64,000 nt of DNA from Christensenellaceae bacterium 44-20 (GTDB lineage Bacteria > Bacillota > Clostridia > Christensenellales > Christensenellaceae): assembly GCA_041223705.1 (NCBI GenBank), contig JBCLQU010000001.1, positions 1,094,054 through 1,158,053 on the forward strand, given 5' to 3'. The translations under genes were made by a program, and so were the position numbers. Below the pieces are notes generated by a model. That model did not search any database. It saw only the letters and a program-made list of their open reading frames with translations, and was not told the DNA's origin. The first letter of the stretch is position 1. Every line of letters starts with the position of its first letter. This document shows positions 46,913 through 56,957 of this stretch, piece after piece.

Positions 46913-49552
46913 TTATAGCTTTTTCAGCGAATCCAGACGCGCGCTGACGCGCTCCAGCATCTCGGCGTATTTTGCCAGTTTCTCCTTCTCTTCCTGGACG
47001 ACCTTCTCCGGCGCTTTTGCCAAAAATCCCTGGTTTTGCAGCTTGCCGTTGCAGCGGGCAATCTCTCCTTCCAGGCTCTTCTGCTCCTTTTGCAGCCGCG
47101 CCAGCTCTTTTTCCACATCAATGAGATCTCCCAGCGGCAGATAGACCTGCCCCAGCCCCACGATGGCCGCCGCGCAGTTTTCCGGCTCGCCCGCGCCTGC
47201 CGGAAGAATCTGAACCTCGCTGGCGTTTGCCAGCTTAAGCAGATAGCTCTCGGTCTGGCGGACGATCTCGGCCTGGGCCGTGCTGATGAGAATTTTTGCT
47301 TTCTTTGCCGGGGGCACGTTCATCTCGGCCCGGGTATTGCGCACGCTGCGGACGACTTCCATAATCGCCAGCATACTCTGCTCCTGCTCCGCGAACTCAT
47401 AGCGCTCCTGATACTCGGGCCAGGGCGAGATCATGATGCTCTCTCCCGCCTCCAGCAGCTCGACGTAGATCTCCTCCGTGATAAAGGGCATGAAGGGATG
47501 CAGCAGCTTGAGGGCGTTGACCAGCACATAGTAGAGCACCGAGATGGCCGTTTTCTTTGCCGCGGCATCCTCGCCGTACAGCCGGCTCTTGCACATCTCG
47601 ATATACCAGTCGCAGTATTCGCTCCAGATGAAATCGTAGATCTTCGCCGTAGCCAAGCCCAGCTCGAATTTTTCCATGTTGTCCGTCACATCGCGGATGA
47701 CGCCGTTCAGCCGGGAGAGGATCCAGCGATCCGCAATATCCAGCTCCAGCACCGAGAGATCCTTCTGGATTTCCTGGCCTTCCATATTCATGGCGACAAA
47801 CCGGGAGGCATTCCAAATCTTATTGGCAAAGTTGCCCGCCGCCTCCACCTTCTTATCATAGAAGCGCATATCGCTACCCGGGCTTGTGCCGTTGGCCAGG
47901 CTGAAGCGCAGGGCATCCGCGCCATGCTGCTCGATGACTTTGAGCGGATCGATGCCGTTGTTGAGCGATTTGCTCATCTTGCGGCCCTGGGAATCGCGCA
48001 CGATGCCATGGATATTGACATATTCAAACGGCGGTTTGCCCATGACTTCCATGCCGAACACGATCATCCGGGCGACCCAGAAGAAGATGATATCGTAGCC
48101 GGTTACGAGCACATTTGTCGGGTAGAAATACTCCAGCTCTGCCGTCTTTTCCGGCCAGCCCAGCGTGGAGAAGGGCCAGAGGCCGGAGGAGAACCAGGTA
48201 TCCAGCACATCCTCATCCTGATGGAAATGCTGGCAGCCGCATTTGGGGCAGGCCGCCGGCTGCTCCATGGCCACGACCATCTCTCCGCACTCCTGGCAGT
48301 AGTAGGCCGGGATGCGGTGCCCCCACCAAAGCTGGCGGGAGATGCACCAATCCCGGATATTCTCCATCCAGTTGAAGTAGATTTTGGAAAAGCGCTCGGG
48401 CACGAACTTCACCTGCCCGGTTTTCACCACCTCCATGGCCGGCTTGGCCAGCTCTTTCATGGAGACGAACCACTGCCGGGAGATGATGGGCTCGACCGTC
48501 GTATGGCAGCGGTAGCACTCGCCCACGTTATGCGCATAATCCTCGATTTTCACCAGGTTGCCGCTCTTTTCCAGATCCGCTACGATGGCTTCCCTGGCCT
48601 CATAGCGATCCATGCCCTGGTATTTGCCGCCGTTCTCGTTCATCTTGCCGTCGTCCGTCAGCACGCGGATGATGGGCAGGTTGTGCCGGGAGGCGACTTC
48701 GAAGTCGTTCGGGTCGTGAGCCGGGGTGATTTTGACGGCGCCCGTCCCAAATTCCAGATCCACATATTCATCCGCTACCACGGGAATGGGCTTATTGACC
48801 AGCGGCAGGATGACGTTTTTGCCGATGAGATCCTGATAGCGCTCATCCGCCGGGTTGACGGCCACGGCCGTATCTCCCAGCATGGTCTCGGGGCGGGTTG
48901 TGGCGACGGTGATGCTGGTTTTTCCATCCTCGCTGTCGTAGCGCACATGCCACAGATGCGAGGGCTGCTCGGTATATTCCACTTCCGCATCCGAGAGCGC
49001 CGTCTGGCAATGCGGGCACCAGTTGATGATGCGGTTGCCGCGGTAGATCAGTCCCTTATCATACAGCTGCACGAACACCTTGCGCACGGCGTGGCTGCAC
49101 CCTTCATCCATAGTAAAGCGCTCTTTTTCCCAATCGCAGGAAGAGCCCAGCTTTTTGAGCTGGTTGACGATGCGGCCGCCGTATTCCTCTTTCCATTTCC
49201 AGACGTGCTTTAAGAATTCCTCCCGGCCGATATCCTCTTTTTTGATGCCCTGCTCGGCCAGCTGGTTGACGACCTTCACTTCCGTCGCGATGCTGGCGTG
49301 ATCCGTTCCGGGCAGCCAGAGGGTCTCGAAGCCCTGCATCCGCCGGAAGCGGATGATGGCATCCTGAATGGTATTATCCAGCCCATGGCCCATATGCAGC
49401 TGGCCCGTGATATTGGGCGGGGGGATGACGATGGTGAACGGCTTCTTATCCGGGTTGGGGTGCGCAGAAAAATACCCTTTTTCCATCCAGCGCTGATAGA
49501 GCTTTTCCTCTACCTGGCTGTGATCATAGGCTTTTTTTAAGTCTTTGCTCAT
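46913..49552 (-). CDS. valS: valine--tRNA ligase
   Basis: 879 aa. HIGH (QLHMGHGL) and KMSKS motifs, a C-terminal coiled coil, and a T-box leader upstream. Confidence 0.95.
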   Translation of the reverse strand: MSKDLKKAYDHSQVEEKLYQRWMEKGYFSAHPNPDKKPFTIVIPPPNITGQLHMGHGLDNTIQDAIIRFRRMQGFETLWLPGTDHASIATEVKVVNQLAEQGIKKEDIGREEFLKHVWKWKEEYGGRIVNQLKKLGSSCDWEKERFTMDEGCSHAVRKVFVQLYDKGLIYRGNRIINWCPHCQTALSDAEVEYTEQPSHLWHVRYDSEDGKTSITVATTRPETMLGDTAVAVNPADERYQDLIGKNVILPLVNKPIPVVADEYVDLEFGTGAVKITPAHDPNDFEVASRHNLPIIRVLTDDGKMNENGGKYQGMDRYEAREAIVADLEKSGNLVKIEDYAHNVGECYRCHTTVEPIISRQWFVSMKELAKPAMEVVKTGQVKFVPERFSKIYFNWMENIRDWCISRQLWWGHRIPAYYCQECGEMVVAMEQPAACPKCGCQHFHQDEDVLDTWFSSGLWPFSTLGWPEKTAELEYFYPTNVLVTGYDIIFFWVARMIVFGMEVMGKPPFEYVNIHGIVRDSQGRKMSKSLNNGIDPLKVIEQHGADALRFSLANGTSPGSDMRFYDKKVEAAGNFANKIWNASRFVAMNMEGQEIQKDLSVLELDIADRWILSRLNGVIRDVTDNMEKFELGLATAKIYDFIWSEYCDWYIEMCKSRLYGEDAAAKKTAISVLYYVLVNALKLLHPFMPFITEEIYVELLEAGESIMISPWPEYQERYEFAEQEQSMLAIMEVVRSVRNTRAEMNVPPAKKAKILISTAQAEIVRQTESYLLKLANASEVQILPAGAGEPENCAAAIVGLGQVYLPLGDLIDVEKELARLQKEQKSLEGEIARCNGKLQNQGFLAKAPEKVVQEEKEKLAKYAEMLERVSARLDSLKKL

Positions 49553-49815
49553 ATCTTTCTCCTTCTTTATTCCTTAAAATCTGCGGGCCGTTTGCCCGGG
49601 ATCAAAAAAGAGTTTTTCCTCCAAAGGACGAAAAACTCCGTGGTACCACCTTTCTTCCGCAGCAAACTGCGGCACTTAGAAGCGCACATACATGCGCCTG
49701 CCCGATAACGGGGGCGGCCGTCTTTCCTTACTGTTTTCGGGAAAGCGAGCTCCAAAGCGACTTCGGGATATGCTGCCGCCCTCGCACCAGATGGGCTGCT
49801 CTCTGAAAAAATCCT
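49553..49815 (-). ncRNA. T-box riboswitch leader of valS (valine specifier GUA)
   Basis: The minus strand carries the AGAGAG stem-I motif, the specifier context CAGUAAG, the T-box AAAGGUGGUACCACGG and the terminator GGAGUUUUUC...GAAAAACUC plus UUUUUUGAU. Confidence 0.85.
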
Positions 49816-49817
49816 TA

Positions 49818-50378
49818 CTACTCTTTTTCTCCGCTCTTGTTTGGAAATATTAACTTCCAGTTGATAATAGCATACCGTATAAACGCCAAAATGACAAGCC
49901 CCAAAGCGACATACATCAGATATAAATAGCTTTTTCCTAAAAATTCCCGGAAAAACCCTGCCGCGATGGAGGTATTGAGCAAAAATGCCGAAACTTTTCC
50001 ATAAATATCCGAAGGCGTGGAATTGCCGTTTTTCAGCGCCAGCGCGCCGCCTATCAGCAAAAGGGCATCCTTTGCAAAAATCGCAATCGTTACCCACAGC
50101 GGCACAACGCCCATGACCGTAAACGTGATGATGACGCTGATGGCCATCAGCTTATCCGCCACGGGATCCAGCCAGATGCCGACTTTGGAGACCATATGAT
50201 ATTTGCGGGCGATATAGCCATCCAGCAGATCCGTCATGCAGACCAGGATGAAGGTTACCCCGCCCCAGATCATCTGATCCCGCACCGCCAGAAGCACAAC
50301 CACCGGGATGAGCAGCAGCCGCACAAGCGTCAGCACATTGGGAATCGTCCAAAATTTGTTGTTATTCTGCTCCACCAA
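49818..50378 (-). CDS. pgsA: CDP-diacylglycerol--glycerol-3-phosphate 3-phosphatidyltransferase
   Basis: CDP-alcohol phosphatidyltransferase motif DLLDGYIARK...GIWLDPVADK. The likely start is TTG 50378, after the GAAGGAG RBS. The 440-aa ORF track version runs antisense through the glucokinase gene. Confidence 0.85.
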   Translation of the reverse strand: MVEQNNNKFWTIPNVLTLVRLLLIPVVVLLAVRDQMIWGGVTFILVCMTDLLDGYIARKYHMVSKVGIWLDPVADKLMAISVIITFTVMGVVPLWVTIAIFAKDALLLIGGALALKNGNSTPSDIYGKVSAFLLNTSIAAGFFREFLGKSYLYLMYVALGLVILAFIRYAIINWKLIFPNKSGEKE

Positions 50379-50540
50379 GCCCTCGCTCCTTCTTCTGCCT
50401 TGCACTTTTCTTTTTATTATAGTCTTTAGGGGGTGATATTTCAAGGGGATTTGCGCATAGAAACTCTTTCGTTTTCTATAAAAATAGGTTAAGATAGGGG
50501 TAGCATAAAACGCATCCGATTGGAATGGAAGGAGCTTTTC

Positions 50541-51500
50541 ATGAAAAAAGTATATATCGGCGTGGATATCGGCGGGACGAAAATTGCCTTTGGCATCTTT
50601 GGCGAGGATTTTTCCCTGCTCTCCAAACACCGCTTCGCTTTTGACAACCAGAAAACCGCGGAATATCTGATGGATAAGCTGGCAGACGAGATTTTGCAGG
50701 CGCTGGCTTCCCAGGGGCTTGGCCGGGAAAACCTGCTGGGCATTGGCATCGGCGCTCCGGGCACGCCGGATATGCGGGAGGGCAAGTTCCTCGTCTGCGC
50801 CAACGCCTCGACGCTCAACGGATATCCCATCGGGCCACACCTGGAAAAAGCGCTGGGCGCGCCGGCCATCATCGACAACGACGCCAATATCGCGGCCATC
50901 TGCGAACACGAGCTGGGCGCCGGCCAGGGCTTTGAGCATATGATCTACTCCACCGCCTCCACCGGCATTGGCGGCGGCCTCATCTTTAACGGCAAAATTT
51001 TCCGGGGCAGCTACAACTGCGCCGGGGAGATTGGGCACACCATCTGCACCTATAAGACCGGCCGGGAGATCGCTTACAGCAATCCGGGCTCTGTGGAGAG
51101 CTACGCGGGCGGCGGCAATGTCTGCGATGAGATTATGCAAAAAATCGCCGCGGGAGAGCCGACGCTCATGAAAGAGCTGGCCGCCGGCGGGAAAGTTACC
51201 GGGCAGATCATCAAGGCGGCCTATGAGCAGGGCGACGCCATGGCGGCCTGGGCGCTCGACCAGATCGGCGAATACCTCGGGCTGCTCTATTTCAACCTCT
51301 ATCAGATTCTCAATATCAACTGCTATGTCATCGGCGGCGGGCTGACCAATTTTGGCGACGAGCTTTTCTCCCGCATTGAGAAGACCTTCTATAGCTTCTA
51401 TTTCCAGTGCCCCAAGGAATACCCCGTCTACTTCAAGCAGGCGAAATTCTCCCAGGATGCGGGCATTTACGGCGCGGCGCTGCTCTTCACCCAGCAGTAG
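50541..51500 (+). CDS. ROK family glucokinase
   Basis: VDIGGTKIAFG N-terminal ATPase motif and the ROK Cys/His cluster (CTYKTGREIAYSNPG...H). The ATG at 50541 has an AAGGAG RBS. Confidence 0.85.
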   Translation: MKKVYIGVDIGGTKIAFGIFGEDFSLLSKHRFAFDNQKTAEYLMDKLADEILQALASQGLGRENLLGIGIGAPGTPDMREGKFLVCANASTLNGYPIGPHLEKALGAPAIIDNDANIAAICEHELGAGQGFEHMIYSTASTGIGGGLIFNGKIFRGSYNCAGEIGHTICTYKTGREIAYSNPGSVESYAGGGNVCDEIMQKIAAGEPTLMKELAAGGKVTGQIIKAAYEQGDAMAAWALDQIGEYLGLLYFNLYQILNINCYVIGGGLTNFGDELFSRIEKTFYSFYFQCPKEYPVYFKQAKFSQDAGIYGAALLFTQQ

Positions 51501-51520
51501 AAAACAGCGGCATCAAAAAA

Positions 51521-51551
51521 CCGGCGGAAACGATTCCGCCGGTTTTCTTTT
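51521..51551. terminator. bidirectional terminator between glucokinase and vanZ-family gene
   Basis: CCGGCGG-AAACGATT-CCGCCGG flanked by an A-run and a T-run. Confidence 0.75.
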
Positions 51552-52143
51552 ATTCCTGCATCTCCCGCGCCCGGGCATGGCAGCAATGCGCCAGCCGCGG
51601 CCAGATGCGGCGCGCCAGCGCAAAGAGCGCATATCCAGCGGCGGCGCCCAGCGTGTTCAGCCAGAGGTCGTCGATATCCACGCCGCGGCCCAGCGGAATT
51701 TGGCACAGCTCGATGAGCAGGGAAATGCCCAGGCCAGCCAGCAGCGTTTTGGAGAGCGTGCATTTGGGGGAAAGCATGGGCAAAAAGAGGCCGATGGGAA
51801 CGAACATCGCGATGTTCCCGAGAAAATTCACGATAAAATAGCCGAAATTATGGTTGCGCTGAATCTGCGCGGCGCTGTCCGCAAAGACTCGGAAGGGCAC
51901 CAGATTGAACTGCGACCACCAGACCGCCCGCGCCCGATTGCGCTCCAGCGCATATCCGCCTGCCAGCAGAGTCTGCGAAAACAGCCCCGCCAGGCAGAGC
52001 GAAAAGAGGCAGAGCGCCAGCTCCCGCGCCCAGCTGCGCGCCAGCTTTTTTCTGCGCAGGGCGAGCAAGATCGCCCGTACAATCAGATAGACGGGCAGAA
52101 CCGCCGCCATGGCGATCAGCGTTTCCAAAATATACTCCTTCAT
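51550..52143 (-). CDS. VanZ family membrane protein
   Basis: NLVPF, NFLGNIAMFVPIG and ELCQIPLGRGVDIDDLWLNTLG are VanZ-like hallmarks. Confidence 0.75.
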   Translation of the reverse strand: MKEYILETLIAMAAVLPVYLIVRAILLALRRKKLARSWARELALCLFSLCLAGLFSQTLLAGGYALERNRARAVWWSQFNLVPFRVFADSAAQIQRNHNFGYFIVNFLGNIAMFVPIGLFLPMLSPKCTLSKTLLAGLGISLLIELCQIPLGRGVDIDDLWLNTLGAAAGYALFALARRIWPRLAHCCHARAREMQE

Positions 52144-52155
52144 CTCTTCTCCTAT

Positions 52156-52737
52156 TTATAAATCCAGATACCAGATGAGCTGGATTTCCTCGGCCACTTC
52201 CGGCTCGCCCTGATAGGCGTGCGTATTCATCGCGCCCAGCACAGCGCCTTTGCCCGCATAAAAATGCGCCGCCCGGACGTTGTTGTTCTGGCTCTCTATC
52301 TTCATCTGCCGCATTCCCTGCGCCCGGCCCCACTGCGCCGCCTGCTCAAACAGCCGGCTACCGATGCCCTGGCCCCGGCATTCCTCGGCCACCCGAATAT
52401 CCCAGAGCACGCAGAGATCGTCCCGGCCTTCCAGCATATGCACGCCCGGGGTGCGCGCGGCGACGATGGCCCCGCCCACCGGCCTCCTGCCGTCATAGGC
52501 CAAAAAGAAGGCCCAGTTATCCAGGCAAAAGCGCTGGGGAAGCCGGGTGATTTGCTCATACCGGCCGAAATCCTTCCGATAGGGCCGCAGGGCATCCTCC
52601 TCTTTCAGGCGCATCCCGCCCAGACCATTTCGCGGCGTTTCCAGCTTCAAAATTCGATCTACTGAGACGATCATCGGAATTTTATCATATGTTTCCAGGC
52701 AAGAAGCATCCGCCTGCCGAACAATAATCCCGCTCAT
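52156..52737 (-). CDS. GNAT family N-acetyltransferase
   Basis: 193 aa with motif A RGQGIGSRLF. Confidence 0.75.
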   Translation of the reverse strand: MSGIIVRQADASCLETYDKIPMIVSVDRILKLETPRNGLGGMRLKEEDALRPYRKDFGRYEQITRLPQRFCLDNWAFFLAYDGRRPVGGAIVAARTPGVHMLEGRDDLCVLWDIRVAEECRGQGIGSRLFEQAAQWGRAQGMRQMKIESQNNNVRAAHFYAGKGAVLGAMNTHAYQGEPEVAEEIQLIWYLDL

Positions 52738-52755
52738 GGCTCTCTCCCCTCTCAG

Positions 52756-52974
52756 TCAGCGCGCCGCCCGCTTGGCTTCGGCCAGCAAAATAGCCAGCCC
52801 TTCTCCCAGGGCCGCGCCAATCAGATGGCTATAACTGCCATAGGCGGGCTGCAGCTTGGCGATGACGCCCAAAAGCTCTTTGAGATCTCCATCGACGGCG
52901 ATGGAGACGATGGGAATGCTCCTGCCCTGCTCATCGCACATCATCTCTTCCTGTATCTGAAATTCCTTCTGCAT
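52756..52974 (-). CDS. small hypothetical protein
   Basis: 72 aa, in an operon position between the ADH and GNAT genes. No motif recognised. Confidence 0.4.
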   Translation of the reverse strand: MQKEFQIQEEMMCDEQGRSIPIVSIAVDGDLKELLGVIAKLQPAYGSYSHLIGAALGEGLAILLAEAKRAAR

Positions 52975-53028
52975 GTGTTTCCTCCTATGACAGAAAAAGG
53001 GGAGGCCATGCCTCCCCTGCTTTTGACG

Positions 53029-54093
53029 CTATTTCACGCCCTGCAAATCTACCGTGATGCGGTAGGTATCCGGCGTCGCCGCCGCGGCGAACGCTTCCTG
53101 GATATCCTTCAGCGCAAAGGTTTTGCCCTCCAGGGAATAGCTGCAGTCCACGATCTTGTTGGAGATCATGAAGCCCGCATCCACATAGTCTTCCACATCC
53201 GCGGACATGGTGCCGATGATCTCGATGCGGCGGTAGTGGATATCGTTGGGGTTGATCTGGAACTCGGGAACAGGATAGCCCGCGGCGAAGAGCAGGAATC
53301 TGCCTTCCAGCCGCTTGAGCATCTCCATGCCCTGCCGGTATGCCACAGAGTGGCCCACAGCCGCGATGACTGCATCCGCGCCCTTGCCGTCCGTCAGCTG
53401 CTTCACCTGCTCCACCGGGTCGCCGTTTTTGGCATCCACGATCTCGGCAAAGCCCATGGCCGCCGCCCGCTCCAGCTTTTTGGGCGTCAGCTCGGAGATG
53501 ATGACATGCGCGCCAAACGCTTTTGCCACCTGGGCATTGAGCAGGCCCATGGTGCCCGCGCCGATGACGACGACCGTCTCGCCCGGCTTCACGCGCAGGC
53601 GCTTCATGCCGCGCACCACCGTGGCCACGGGCTCCAGGAACCCGGCCTCTGCGGCGGAAATATTTTTGGACATTTTCAGCACTTTGTTTTTGGGGAACAC
53701 TTTGTAATCCGAGAAGCCGCGGTCGCCATGGAAGCCATCGCGCACCGGCCAGCCGCCCTCTTTGCTCTCACAGCAGAAGCTCTTGCCCATCAGGCAGGCT
53801 TTGCAGTGCCCGCAGCCCATGAACAGCGGGGCAACGCGGTCGCCGATCTCCACATTCTCCACATTCTCGCCCTTGGCGCAGACAATGCCCGACCACTCAT
53901 GCCCGCCGGCCATCGGGAAGCCCTGATGGTTGCGCAGGCCCATCCACTGCTGATAGTCCGTCGTGCAGATATTGCACGCCTCCATCTTGAGCAGCACGTC
54001 GTCGCTCCCCATTTCGGGCAGCGGCTCTTCGTGCATCGCCGCGACTTTGGGCTCCATAATTGCAGTAAAGTAGTGTGTTTTTGGAATGCTCAT
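53029..54093 (-). CDS. zinc-dependent alcohol/polyol dehydrogenase (MDR family, sorbitol/threonine-DH-like)
   Basis: Catalytic Zn ligands (CNICTTDYQQ...H), structural Zn cluster CGHCKACLMGKSFCC, Rossmann GAGTMGL. RBS TAGGAGGG. Confidence 0.85.
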   Translation of the reverse strand: MSIPKTHYFTAIMEPKVAAMHEEPLPEMGSDDVLLKMEACNICTTDYQQWMGLRNHQGFPMAGGHEWSGIVCAKGENVENVEIGDRVAPLFMGCGHCKACLMGKSFCCESKEGGWPVRDGFHGDRGFSDYKVFPKNKVLKMSKNISAAEAGFLEPVATVVRGMKRLRVKPGETVVVIGAGTMGLLNAQVAKAFGAHVIISELTPKKLERAAAMGFAEIVDAKNGDPVEQVKQLTDGKGADAVIAAVGHSVAYRQGMEMLKRLEGRFLLFAAGYPVPEFQINPNDIHYRRIEIIGTMSADVEDYVDAGFMISNKIVDCSYSLEGKTFALKDIQEAFAAAATPDTYRITVDLQGVK

Positions 54094-54204
54094 GTTTCCC
54101 TCCTAGAATGTTTTCCCTCTAATTTCTCTATTGCAGCGCACCCGGCGCTTCAACGCATGTGATCGAATCTGTTTTCGGATACACTTAGTATACCACAGCC
54201 TATT

Positions 54205-54239
54205 CAAAAAGGACAGAGAAAATCCCTGTCCTTTTTTTA
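54205..54239. terminator. bidirectional terminator downstream of mtlD-like gene 1
   Basis: GGACAG-AGAAAATCC-CTGTCC flanked by A/T runs. It overlaps the stop codon. Confidence 0.65.
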
Positions 54240-55466
54240 ATACGGGATGTCCGCCGCCTCGGCCTCGGCCATCTCATAGAACCGCGCCTCCGTCAGCTGC
54301 ATCAGCACCTTTTCCTCCGGGGTTTCTTCGCTCAACCCAGAAAAGCGCATGAGCGCCGCGCGGATGCCGTTTTTGCGGATTTCCTCTCCCACGGCCTGCG
54401 CGCCGGGATCTTCCGGGTTCTGGAAATAGTAGGCCGCCGCCAGCACTTTGGCCAGAAAATGCGGCATACGCCCATGCCGGATACAGCAGAGCGCCGGGCC
54501 GACCACCCGGTCGCCCTTGGCCAGCTTTCTGGGCAAATCCTGCGCCACCCGCTCGAGAACATCGTCTGACGTGGGGCTGGACCACATGTTCCACTCCTGG
54601 CGCTGGAAATCCCGCCAGATCTCCTCTACCGGGACGCCAAACTCCTCCGAAACGGCATAGATGCCTTCCCGCTCGGCCAGCAGGACGCTTCTGCGGATCG
54701 CCGGATCCGCCGTGGCCTCCCGGATATAGCAAAGGCCCGCTCTCTGGCCCAGAACGGCCAGAGCAAAATGCTTCATATTGATCGTCCAGATTTTATGCAC
54801 CAGCCGCACGGGCAGCTTATCCTTGAGCACGAGATTGACCCCTTCGGGCACGCCCCTTTTAAAGCCATCCCGATCCACGGGCATGCTGGGCTCATCCCCG
54901 CCCGTGGCCGCCAGCGGATCTTCCGCCAGCATCTCGGGCGTGGGCGCAACCGAAAGCCGGGAGACCAGCGTCTCGATAAAGCCGACTTTTTCACTCAAAA
55001 ATGCCTGCTGCTCGGGCGTCTCCAGATGCTCCTGGATGGCCGCGCGGATTTGGCCGGTGGGCTGAAGGAAGTTGACGCAGATGAAGATATCCAGCGCGGA
55101 ATGGTCTCCCGCAGCCAGCCGTTTTTTGATGGCATCCGAGATGAGAACGCCCATATCCCCGATGGCGGCAGGAAAGATGGGCAGCGCCAGATAGGGTGCA
55201 GTGCTGACCGCCTCCACGCATGCCTCGTATTCCTCATCCAGGCCAAAGGCGTCGTAGCCCGAGATGCGCACGCGATCAAAGCTGCCGTCGCTGTGCGTCT
55301 TAAAGAGCGTATAGCCGCCGGCCTGGCGCATCTGCCGCGCCTGCTCTGCCCGGTGCGTCAGAAATGTGATGTGATAGCCGGCGTCCGTCCCAAAAATATC
55401 CGCCAGATAGCTTTTGGCAATTTTGCCGGCACCGACGATGACCAGCCTCTTTTCTGTGTTCCCCAT
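54237..55466 (-). CDS. mannitol-1-phosphate 5-dehydrogenase family protein (paralog 1)
   Basis: It aligns by eye with E. coli MtlD blocks (VIVGAGKIAKSYL; ICVNFL; KVGFIETLVSRL; RKLAKGDRVVGPALCCIRHG...YFQNPEDPGAQ). RBS GGGGAGGAAAAC. Confidence 0.75.
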   Translation of the reverse strand: MGNTEKRLVIVGAGKIAKSYLADIFGTDAGYHITFLTHRAEQARQMRQAGGYTLFKTHSDGSFDRVRISGYDAFGLDEEYEACVEAVSTAPYLALPIFPAAIGDMGVLISDAIKKRLAAGDHSALDIFICVNFLQPTGQIRAAIQEHLETPEQQAFLSEKVGFIETLVSRLSVAPTPEMLAEDPLAATGGDEPSMPVDRDGFKRGVPEGVNLVLKDKLPVRLVHKIWTINMKHFALAVLGQRAGLCYIREATADPAIRRSVLLAEREGIYAVSEEFGVPVEEIWRDFQRQEWNMWSSPTSDDVLERVAQDLPRKLAKGDRVVGPALCCIRHGRMPHFLAKVLAAAYYFQNPEDPGAQAVGEEIRKNGIRAALMRFSGLSEETPEEKVLMQLTEARFYEMAEAEAADIPY

Positions 55467-55487
55467 GTTTTCCTCCCCTGCGGCCCT

Positions 55488-56719
55488 CTAGTAGGCGATA
55501 TCGAACGGATCCATGCCCGAAAGCTCGTAATACTGGCCGACGATGAGCTGCTTTAACAGCCGCTCTTCCAAAACATCATCCGAAAGATCGCAGAATTTTG
55601 CCACAGCGGCATCGATTCCCTCTTTTTTGATGCACTCGCCGATTTCCACTGCGCCGGGATCTGCCGGGTTCTGGAAATAGAAGCCCAGCGCCGCGCCCCG
55701 GGAGAGGAAATAGGGCATGCGCCCATGCTTCAGGCAGGCCAGCGCCGGCCCGATGAGGCGATCGCCCTTGGCCAGCTTTCTTCTCATATCCTGCGCCACC
55801 CGCAGGCAGGTATCCTTATTGTTATCATTGGCGTTATCCGCGAAATACTCCTCCCGGCTTTCCGGCTCGTCTGCGTCGATCTCCTCCTGAGTGAAGCCGC
55901 ATTCCTGGCAGACAGCGAAGTTTGCCTCGCGCTTTGCCAGAATGGCGCAGCGCATGACATCCGGATCCTGGCCGCTCTCGCCGATATACTGCTTGCCCTT
56001 GAACTGGCCGTACAGCGCTGTGATGCAGTGCGACATATTGGAAACCCAGATTTTATGCACCATCCAGCCCGGGACGTTGTGCTTCAAAACAAAGTTGACC
56101 CCAGCCGGCGGCTCGCCCTTCAGCGGATCGGCATCCACGGGCAGGAAATCGATATCGCTGGAATAGCAGACCAGCGGATCTTCCGCCAGCATTTCCGGCT
56201 GCGGGATGGCACCGTTTCTCTGCACCAGCGTCTCGGAAAGGCCGACTTTCTCTTTGAAATACGCCCGCTCAGCCTCGGTTTCCAGTTTTTCCTCGATAAA
56301 CTTAGTGAAAATCTGCGTGGAATTCAGGAAGTTGACGCAGATATAGAGATCCAGCGGCTCCTGGCTTCCTGCGGCGGTTCTCTGCCGGATGGCATCCGCG
56401 ATCATATGCCCGATGGATTCACAGGCTCCGGGGAACACGTGCACCGTGGCATAGTTCGTGCGGCAAAGCGCATCCACGCACTGCTGATACTCGGTTTGCG
56501 TGCAGAAGGCGTCGTAGCCCGAGATGGTAACGCGGCTATGCGTGCCGTCCGAATGGCGCTTGATGATGAGGTATTTGCCCTGCTCCCGCAGAGCCTGGGT
56601 CAGCTCGGGCGAATACTCCAGAAAAGTCAGATGATAGCCGGCGGCATCGAACAGCTCGGCCAGGTATCCGCGGCCAATTTTGCCCGCGCCAATGAGCACA
56701 GCTTCTTTTTTAGGCATAA
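55488..56719 (-). CDS. mannitol-1-phosphate 5-dehydrogenase family protein (paralog 2)
   Basis: Same block structure as paralog 1. The true start is the ATG at 56719 (MPKKEAVLIGAGKIGRGYL), which has a CAGGAGGG RBS. The ORF track adds 69 unsupported codons. Confidence 0.75.
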
Positions 56720-56879
56720 AAAATCCCTCCTGATGAAAATCCAAATCTCTTCTTTTATGATAACCGCCGCAGGGCAATCCGTCAATCACAAAAGCGGCAG
56801 GCGAGGCCGGCATTTGGGCGCAAAAAAAGAGCCGATGCCTTTGCCGGCCCGCCGAAAGGCGATGCCCGCTGAGAAGCAA

Positions 56880-56908
56880 TTGCCTTTCAGCGGGCATTGC
56901 TTTATAAT
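56880..56908 (+). promoter_or_regulatory. promoter of the flavodoxin-like gene pair (-35 TTGCCT, 17 nt, -10 TATAAT)
   Basis: Consensus-like hexamers. A perfect palindrome follows at +12 to +28. Confidence 0.55.
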
Positions 56909-56919
56909 GAACTGACAAA

Positions 56920-56936
56920 TGCAAATTGAATTTGCA
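56920..56936. promoter_or_regulatory. perfect 8-1-8 palindrome TGCAAATT-G-AATTTGCA (candidate operator) between promoter and start codon
   Basis: Exact inverted repeat read directly from the sequence. It sits between the -10 element and the RBS of the first flavodoxin-like gene. Confidence 0.5.
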
Positions 56937-56957
56937 GAGGGCACGGAGGAAAATATA

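Noticed and set aside
47036-49213. 725-aa plus-strand ORF
   Set aside because: Antisense to valS.
52756-52974. Assignment of the 72-aa protein to DUF3343 or PTS-EIIA-like families
   Set aside because: No convincing motif match from memory. Left as hypothetical.
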